A DNA stretch of 64,000 nt. It comes from the human T2T-CHM13v2.0 reference genome, Homo sapiens. The stretch lies in the NCBI RefSeq assembly GCF_009914755.1, contig NC_060929.1; one strand, 5' to 3'. The notes beneath the pieces are model-generated. The model was not told the origin of the DNA, did no database searches, and worked only from the letters and a program-made list of their open reading frames with translations. Positions 54,981-64,000 of this stretch are shown in pieces; positions within the stretch are counted from its first letter, which is position 1, and every line of letters starts with the position of its first letter. The translations under genes were made by a program, and so were the position numbers.

Positions 54981-56301
54981 TAGCTATCCCTGTTTGCAGA
55001 TGACATGAAACTATATCTAGAACACCCCATCATCTTAGCCCAAAAGCTTCTTAAGCTGATAAGCAGCTTCAGCAAAGTCTCAGGATACAAAATTGATGTG
55101 TAAAAAGTGCTACCATTCCTGTACACCAACAATCAAGCCAAGATCCAAATCATGAACAAACTCCCATTCACGATTGCCACAAAAGGAATAAAATACCTAG
55201 GAATACAGCTAACTAGGGAGGTGAAAGGTCTTTACAAGGAGAACCAGAAATCACTGTTCAAAGAAATCAGGGATGATACAAATGGAAAAACATCCCATAT
55301 TCTTGGATAGGAAGAATCAATATTGCTAAAATGGCCCTACTGCCCAAAGTAATTTGTAGATTTATAGATTCAATGGTATTCCCATTAAACTATCACTGAC
55401 ATTCTTCAAAGAACTAGAAAAACTATTTTAAAATTATGTGGAACCAAAAAAAAGAAGCCTAAATAGTCAAGGCACTCCTAAGCAAAAAGAACAAAGCTGG
55501 AGGCATCATGCTTCCCAAATTCAAACTATGCTACAGGACTACAGTAACCAAAACAGCATGATACTGGTACAAGAACGGACACATAAACTAATGGAACAGA
55601 ATAAATAACCCAGAAATAAGGCAGCACACCTACGACTATCTGATCTTCAACAAACCTGAAAAAACAAGCAATAAGGAAAGTATTCCCTATGCAATAAATG
55701 ATGCTGAGATAACTGGCTAACCATATATAGAGGACTGACACTGGACCCCTTCCTTACATCATATACAGAAACTAATTCAAAATAGATCAAAGACTTAAAT
55801 GTGAAATCCAAAACTATAAAAACCCTTGAAGGCAACCTAGGCAATACTATTCAGGACATAGGCAGGAGGAAAGATTTCATGATGAGGACACCAAAAGCAA
55901 TTGCAACAAAAGCAAAAATTGACAAATGGGATCTAATTTAACTTACGAGCTTCTGCACAGCAAAAGAAACTAACAACAGAGTAAACAGGCAACCTACAGA
56001 ATGGGAGAAAGTTCTTGCAAGCTATGCATCTGACAAAGGTCTCATATCCAGCATCTATAAGGAACTTAAACAAATTTACAAGAAAAAGATAACCCCATGA
56101 AAAAGTGAGCAAAGGACACGAACAGACAGTTTTCAAAAGAAGACATACATGTGGCCAACAATCATATGAAAAAGAGCTCAAAATCAATCATTGGAGAAAT
56201 GGAAATCAAAACCACAATGAGATACTATCTCACACCAGTCAGTATGGCTACTATTAAAAAGTCAAAAAATAACAAATGCTGCCGAGGTTGTGGAGAAAAG
56301 G

Positions 56302-56388
56302 TTGGTCGCTAACTCCTGGGCTCAAGGGATCAGCCTGTCTCCGCCTCCCAAAGTGCTAGGAATACAGTCCTGAGCACTGTGCCCCGCC
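56302..56388 (-). mobile_element. Alu left-arm 5' fragment abutting the truncated L1
   Basis: aactcctgggctcaag...gcctcccaaagtgctagga...gagcactgtgccccgcc. Confidence 0.85.
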
Positions 56389-56576
56389 CTTCAACTTATT
56401 TCTTAGATCTACGATTTTCCTTTTCATTTCACGCTGCAGTTTTATCGTCTCTTTTTTAAGGTTCTCTGCTTTTATTAGGTTCATGTTTTCATTATGTTCT
56501 TCCACAATATGAAAACTTCCTATGGACATTTCTTCTGTTTCTTTCGCTATCTTTTCTCTAGATAGAATTTGCCATC

Positions 56577-56717
56577 TATGGCATACATTACTAGTAGCCT
56601 ACTCAGTGTCCATTCCTCCCTATTTACTTATTTCCTTAACACTCAGTTTTATTCAGTACAGTAATGTACCCAGCTTCAGGGCAACATTTCTCAGATTCTT
56701 ATAGCTAGTGGTGACTA
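56577..56717 (+). mobile_element. LTR33-like (ERVL) LTR 5' fragment
   Basis: tatggcatacattactagtagcctactcagtgtccattc...aatgtacccagct...catttctcag resembles the LTR33 start. Confidence 0.6.
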
Positions 56718-56884
56718 ATGCCTTTCTTTTAGTTTCCTGCCGGCGTAGGGACATTTAAATTAAACTTTCCCATATTCCACATTTTTTCTAGTGCAGATGC
56801 AACTTTTGTGTGTTGGTTCACCTTTCTTTGTTTGGAAGTCTTAGAATAACTTTTTAAAAACTTTTCTCTCACGTCTATTGCATT

Positions 56885-56934
56885 GTGTGTGTGTGTATGT
56901 GTGTGTGTACGTGTGTGTGTGTCTGTGTGTGTGT
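56885..56934. repeat. Interrupted (TG)n microsatellite
   Basis: Directly visible. Confidence 0.93.
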
Positions 56935-57868
56935 TGGGGAGTTTGGACTATGGATTATGTTTACTGCAAGGGATCAAGACAAGGGTATTCAAGGAAACCT
57001 CTCTCTCAGGTTGCACATTTTGAATTGTATCACATGAATCTCTTCCTTTTCTTTTGGTTGAATCCTAGGTATTTTGACTGGTTTGGTCCTATTTGTTATT
57101 CTATCATTACGGTTGGAGAAAAGGAAAGTCTCAGATGTTTTTATTCTACCATTTTAACTTGGAAGTCTGTACAAGTACTTTAAATTTTAATCAAAGTAAT
57201 ACAAGCAAATGGTTACAAATTAAATCTTGCAAAAATATTGTGATAAGAAGCAACTGAGCTCAGCTCCAGTGTGGCTTAACCTAAACCTTACTCCCTGGAA
57301 GCTTTTTTTTTCTTTTTCTTTGTAAATGGAGGAGACATTTACATACTGTGAAATCCACACATCTTAAATGTAAAGTTTGATGAGTTGTGACAATTGCAAA
57401 TATTCCTATAACCCTGTCTATTAAAATATAGAACATTTTTATCACCACAGAAAGATCCCTTATGTAATAACTCAGTTAATTCCATTGCACCTCATCCCCA
57501 TCCCATAGGCAATCACTGTATGGTTTTCTTTCACCTGAGATTAGTTTGTCTATTGTGGAAATTCATATCAATTGAATCATACAATATGTACTCTTATATC
57601 TAGCTCCTTTCACTAAGCATAAAAGTCTGGCAGTTCGTTCATTTTGTAGAATGTATCAGTGGTTTGTTCTTTTTTGTTGCTGAAGAGTATTCCATTGTCT
57701 GTTTATATTACAATCGTTTTTATCCATTCTCCTCATTTGTTTAGGTTGTTTTAATTTTTGAGCCATTATGAATAAAATGAAACTACTATGAACATTCTTT
57801 ACATTTTCTATGTTCTTATGTTTTCATTTTTCTTGGTAAATACCTGAAAGTGGAATTTTTAGTCATAG

Positions 57869-58184
<316 letters not shown>

Positions 58185-59423
58185 AAAATAGATGTGCTTT
58201 TAACTTTATGAGAAACTATTAGAACAATTTCGACACTGGCTATACCATTCTACAGTACCTGCAGCAATGTATGAGACTTTTGATTGTTTCACATCCTCAG
58301 CAGTATCTGGTGTTGTCAGGCTTTTTCACCTTTGCCATTTTAATGACTATGTGATATATGCCATTGTGATTCTAATTTGTATTTCCCTAATGACTGATAT
58401 TAATCACTTTCTCTTGTGCTTATTAACTATTTCTGTGCCTTTTTACATAAAAAGGCTGTTCAAGGTTTTTTGGCTGATTTTTTTATTGGGTTGTTTTTCT
58501 TTCTATTATTGAGTTGTAGAAATTGTTTATATATCCTGGATACAAGTCTTTATCAGATATAGACATTACAAATATTTTCTTCCAGCCTGCAGTTTCCATA
58601 TGTTTTCTTAATGGTGTCTTTGGATGAGCAGAGACTTACATTTTCATGAATTGTAAGTCTACCTTTTCTATTTTATGGATAATGATTCCTAGTTAAGAAA
58701 TTTTTACTTAACCCATGTTTTCTTCCTGAAGATTTTTGCTTTTATAATTTGGTCTATGACATATTTCAAGTTAATTTTGTGTAGAATGTAAGGAATGGGT
58801 CTAGGTTCATATTCTTATATGTATATGTGTGTGTGTATACAAGTATATGTATACATATATCTATGTATATCTATAAATGGCTATACATATCTAGATCGCT
58901 GTAGACATATATAGATATATCTGACCATATATACCAGTTTCAGCACTGTTTGTTGAAGGGACTTTCCTTTTCCTATTGAACGGCTTTGACAGCTTTGTCA
59001 AAGATCAGTACCACAGTGTCTTGATTACTGAAGCCTTATAGTAAGTTTGAAAGCATTAGAGTTTGCTTTGTTCTCTTTCAAAACTTTTGGCTACTTTAGG
59101 TCTGTTACATTTCATGTAAATTTTAGAACCAGTTTATCAAATTCTAGAGAAAGATCTGCTGGGATTTTGATTGGGCTTGCACTGAATTTGTTGATCAAGT
59201 TTAGAAGAGTAGACATTTTATCAGTATTGAGTCTTTGAGTCTGACAACACATGGACATGGGGAGATTTCTTTCTTTATATCTTCATTAACTTTTCCTAGT
59301 AATGTCATTTTCAGTGTAGAGGTCTTGAATATATTTTGTTAAATTTAACCTAGGTATTTTATGATTTTTGATGCTATTGAAAATTGTATTGTTCATTTTA
59401 TTTTCCAATTATTTGTTGTTTAA

Positions 59424-59808
59424 TGTGATGGGCAATTTTGGGTGTCAGTTTGGCTCTTAGTCAATCACTAATCTATGTGTTACTATAAAGGTATTTTGTA
59501 GACTTGATTAACATCTATAATCAGTTTACCTTCAGTGAAAAGAGATTATCCTTGCTAATCTGGGTGGACCTGATCTAATCTGTTGAAAGGCTTTAAGAGT
59601 AGAACTGAGATTTCCTTGAGGAAGAAGAAATTCCTCCTGTGGACCAAAACTTCAGTTCCTGCCACAGCGTTTCAGCCTGCCATGCTGATCCTGTCCTGTG
59701 AATTTCCAACTTACCTAGCCAACCTCAACAATCATGTAAGCCAATTTCTTGCAATAAATTTCTTTATGTATATCCTACTGGTTCTGTTTCTCTGAGACAA
59801 CCCTAACT
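59424..59808 (+). mobile_element. MLT2 (C/D-like) solo LTR
   Basis: TGTGATGGGCAATTTTGGGTGTCAGTTTGGCT start; ...AATAAATT...TCCTACTGGTTCTGTTTCTCTG...ACCCTAACT end. Confidence 0.82.
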
Positions 59809-61917
59809 CTGAGATCCTTAAGATATAAAAATAAAAGTGATTTTTTAATATTGATCCTTCACCCTCTTATTTAATAGTTCTGGCAGTTTTTGGTAAATAC
59901 ATGATTTTTTACCTATATAATCATATCATCTGTAGTAAAAGACAATTTCATTTCTTCCTTTCCAATCTTATGGCTTTTAAAACTTTTCTCTTTTACTATA
60001 ATCAAATTAAGTATCCACTTTTATGTCTGGTAGTAATTCTTGCCTTGAAATCTACTTGGTCTAATTAATAAAACCACTCTAGATTTCTTAAAATTAATTT
60101 TTATGTCATATATCTTTTTCCATTCTTTACGCTATGTACCAAGGGATTTCTGGCATCTGAACTTTATTTAGCAAGGACCACCATTGTGGTTTGTTTATAA
60201 GCATAGCAAGCAATTAGAATCACATATATTCTCTCCAAACTGAAGACGGAATTCCATTTCTGTGATACACGAACCTTTATTAAGACATGACTAGGTGATG
60301 AATTTAATTGACATTGTATATCAGCTATTTTCATGGTTAAATCTCAAATCTGTTCATTGGCTTTTATAGCTCTGTGGCTTTAAGAGATGAGAGATTATTT
60401 TAGCAAAGTGATAGGCATTCCTTAAGTTGCATTTTTACCTTTCACTGAGAACTTAGGAACCTGATTAAGGTATTCCTTTCTTTTAACATACCTGAGACTT
60501 TCAGAAGTAGCTGGTAGTTCTTGAATTTCCCACCCCCTTCATACTGTTTAAAGCCTTGCCCTCTGAGGGCAGTGGATCACAGGTGAACAATATGATTAGC
60601 TGTTTGCCTTCATCTCCAGCTAGGCCAAATTTTCTTACTGATTCCTGGAAGTTTGTTTCCTGGAATCTGATTTAATTATAGAATAAGCTAAGATACTTAG
60701 ATGCAAACAGAAGAAACTGAGTATCTATCCTAAACAGGAAAGGAATCTATTGAAAGGAACTTGGATAGCTCACAAATGTGATAAAAATTATAGAACAAAG
60801 TTCAAGAAGCAGGGAGACTCAAGCAGGAAATATGACCACTGTCTTTTAGCAGGAATAGGCCTTTTGTCACCACTAGATATTATTCTAGCTACCATTAGTA
60901 AGTTATTTCTGCCCCTTCATTCTTATAACATTGACTTTGGATTCAAAATCCTGGATAACAGCATTCAGTGGCAAAATTTAGATCCCAGCCCATATTGCCT
61001 CTAGAGGAGGATTTATCAATTTGTCTTCCATATTTGAAGGTGTTGAACCAAGTCCAACCAATACTGCATACACAAGGAATATTCCCTAAAAATGGAAGAA
61101 GGCTGGATGATGAACAGCCAAAGCAAAACACTAACAAATCTAAATGAGCCAACAACTTTCTGCTATGCTCTGAAATTCTGAAAATGCATTTATTCTGATA
61201 TGCAATTGTTTGGTAACTTTTCTGGGCAAGATGTCTAGTTTGTTTGCTGCCCCCCTAGCCTCAACCTTTTAATTGCTTTTTTGTTTGCTATCAGTGCACT
61301 GATGAGGTTAATGCCAGTCTGATTCTCATGCCTTTGCCAGTGAGCTGGCTCTTTGTTTTTCCTTTCTTTCTTAAAAATGAGATGATCTTTATTTATTCCT
61401 TGGGGTTCTGAAATTTTCTAAGGAAGAGTCTTTTTTCATTCATCATACCAAGCATTTCATGGACTCCTTCCATCTCGAGAATAGTGGTGTTCTTCAGCTC
61501 TTTGATTATTACATTTTCCTTTATCTTTTCGTTTCCACATCTCTGAAACTCCTAGTAATCAAATATTGTTCCTTCTGGAGGTTCCCTGTTTGAATTTGTT
61601 GAATCTTCGCTTCAATGGGTCAACCATTTCTTCCTGTTCTTTTCACTGTTGTGAGTTTATTCCTTTCTGGGTGTTTTTTTCTGTTGTTTGAAAAATTTTT
61701 CCTTGTTTGATTCATCTTTTATTTTTAAATTGTTTTCTTTCTTACTTAGAATTTTTTTAAATCTGTCAATTTTTTGCTAATTTTTCTGCCAGATTTTCTC
61801 ATAACATAGAAAGTGTTTTCCTAACTAGAAATTTGTTATTTGATTTTTCTTCTATTTTTTGACATCCTGTATTTAATAATCATTCTGATATTTAGTAACT
61901 TGAGTGCCCAGCACTAG

Positions 61918-62347
<430 letters not shown>

Positions 62348-62559
62348 TGAGGCTTTTTTTTCTTTAGATTTTAAATAATCACTGGGGACTTTCTCTGACA
62401 CAAGTTCCTTTGCAGTCCTCTTCAGTAGAGGCCGCTTGTTCATTTTTTCCATACCTCATGAACCTTCGGGGCATTATGTGTGTAAATGCCCTCCTTGTGC
62501 CTCCTTGATACTATCAAAACATCTCCACAGTCTTCAAAGCCCACGGCTCCTTTGATGCT

Positions 62560-63290
62560 CATACACCATTTGACTGTATCTTTCAATGTTCCTTCTTAGT
62601 GTGATTTTCTAATTCCTCGTCACTCCCTGTCATTTATTGAAGTCTTGAGAACACCTAAATCAATCTCTTCCTCTCCAGTTCTACTGCTGCCATAATTCTC
62701 CTGGAACAACATCCATGTTAATAGTATATTTGACACTCTGGCCTCCAGCTTCCTGGCCTTCCTTGTTTCCAATCATAATTACATCCATCCTACCTAAGCT
62801 GCTCACCTCGTGGCCACACATTGCTCTGGAATAGTGCAGCCCAACAGGACTTCCTGCAATGATGAAAATGTTCTATAGCTGTGTAAGTTCACTGTCAACA
62901 CAAATATTTAATGTTTTCTCCGTTCTCTTCACATTTCTGCCTCTATCAGCTGATGATCTCACTTATACTTCATTGAAATGATAAAAGAAATAAGAGAAGA
63001 GCACCTTCATTTTCAAAATCACTACCCAATCTAGTAATCTGTCTCCACTTGAACTTCTTTGCTTCACCTCTTGCTAGTGGGAAGAAATGTCGACTTTCAA
63101 CCCAGAGGCCAAATCCTCCACTTTATCCTTTGGATCACATCACCTCCAGCTTAACAAATGAAATCACTCTTCAAACACTTCCCTCTTTTCTTTATCAGTA
63201 CACCAGCATTCTTAAGTTATCTATTATCTTAAATAAACAATTCTCTTTAGCCTTTGTGTCTCATTCCAGTTTTTGTGATAATTCTTTGGG
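62560..63290 (+). mobile_element. L2 fragments with a short MER3-like piece (62832-62885)
   Basis: L2-like ggcctccagcttcctggccttcctt and aggccaaatcctccac; MER3-like ttcctgcaatgatgaaaatgttctata. Confidence 0.55.
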
Positions 63291-64000
63291 ACCTTTTGCT
63301 GCTGTTACTGTCTCATCCTCTATTTATGTATTTAGCTACTGATACCAATTTATTAAGCTAGTTGACTTAAGTACCTGCAATGACGACCTCAACCTCTACT
63401 CCTGGCTCAATACTGATGAAGTAATCTGCTTAGTTTCCAGGGAACTGTTAAAGTTAATGAGTGCTTGGGGATTCTCATCTGGAAACCATTCCAATGGTTA
63501 GAACATTCGCCGTAAGAAATTTTTCTTGTAGTGATTCTTTGATTCTTTGATCTGTCCCTTCACTTTAAGTTTTTCCTATGTACCTCTAATCAAGTCAACA
63601 CAAACCATCTCCAGGGATTTTACCTTGCCACTGGTTAGATAATTCTAGTTTGGTGAGTTGCCACCCTTAGTTCCACAAGTGTCTCTTCTGTCTTCAAAAG
63701 CCATGGCTACAGTGTCACTTCCTGACTGACTTGTTCCTCAGGGAGAAATACTGGCGGTGAACCCACAGGAACCTGTGGGTCCATAGCTCTGCTGAAGCTG
63801 CAACCAAGTCAAAGTCCACCTATTTCTTCTTAAGCCTATGCCAACTAAAGTTTCTCCTGACCAGTAGGCAAAAAGTACTCACTTTCTGGGTCAAAAAATG
63901 AATGCTAAGTTGCCAAATCCAGTGGATGTGATTTGGCATTCATTTTACTCATAGCCATTTAATCATTTCATTCAACTCAATCCCAACCTTTGAAATAATT

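Noticed and set aside
63340-64000. Possible ancient LTR-internal (ERVL/Gypsy-like) sequence at the window end
   Set aside because: No motif or ORF I can assign with confidence; needs a Dfam search.

Overview
Primate, most likely human, genomic DNA containing the 5' end of FBN2 (fibrillin-2) on the minus strand. Coding exons 1-5 lie at 34421-34168, 33302-33220, 27513-27415, 24787-24692 and 16193-16098; all have GT-AG borders and form one continuous frame. A CpG-island promoter spans ~33.1-36.1 kb. The rest is intron and upstream DNA rich in transposon relics (THE1B, nested L1s, Alus, L2/MIR, MER2/20/30/58, MER41B, MLT2, LTR33). Repeat subfamily names come from recalled consensus sequences, not a search. 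Main observations: (1) the MER41B element ~9 kb upstream of FBN2 is built like a retroviral RNA (R-U5-PBS-short internal-PPT-U3-R-A tail, long TSD), i.e. an apparently spliced ERV transcript retroposed by L1, and carries a perfect CArG box and a GAS site. (2) An L1PB insertion next to exon 3 shows a twin-priming 5' inversion plus a ~290-bp 3' transduction inside a 15-bp TSD. (3) A ~205-bp direct repeat brackets the in-frame exon 5. (4) The FBN2 leader has a single uORF and a strong internal splice acceptor. (5) Two perfect 52-bp AT-rich palindromes lie just upstream of the promoter. I see no convincing new protein-coding gene.
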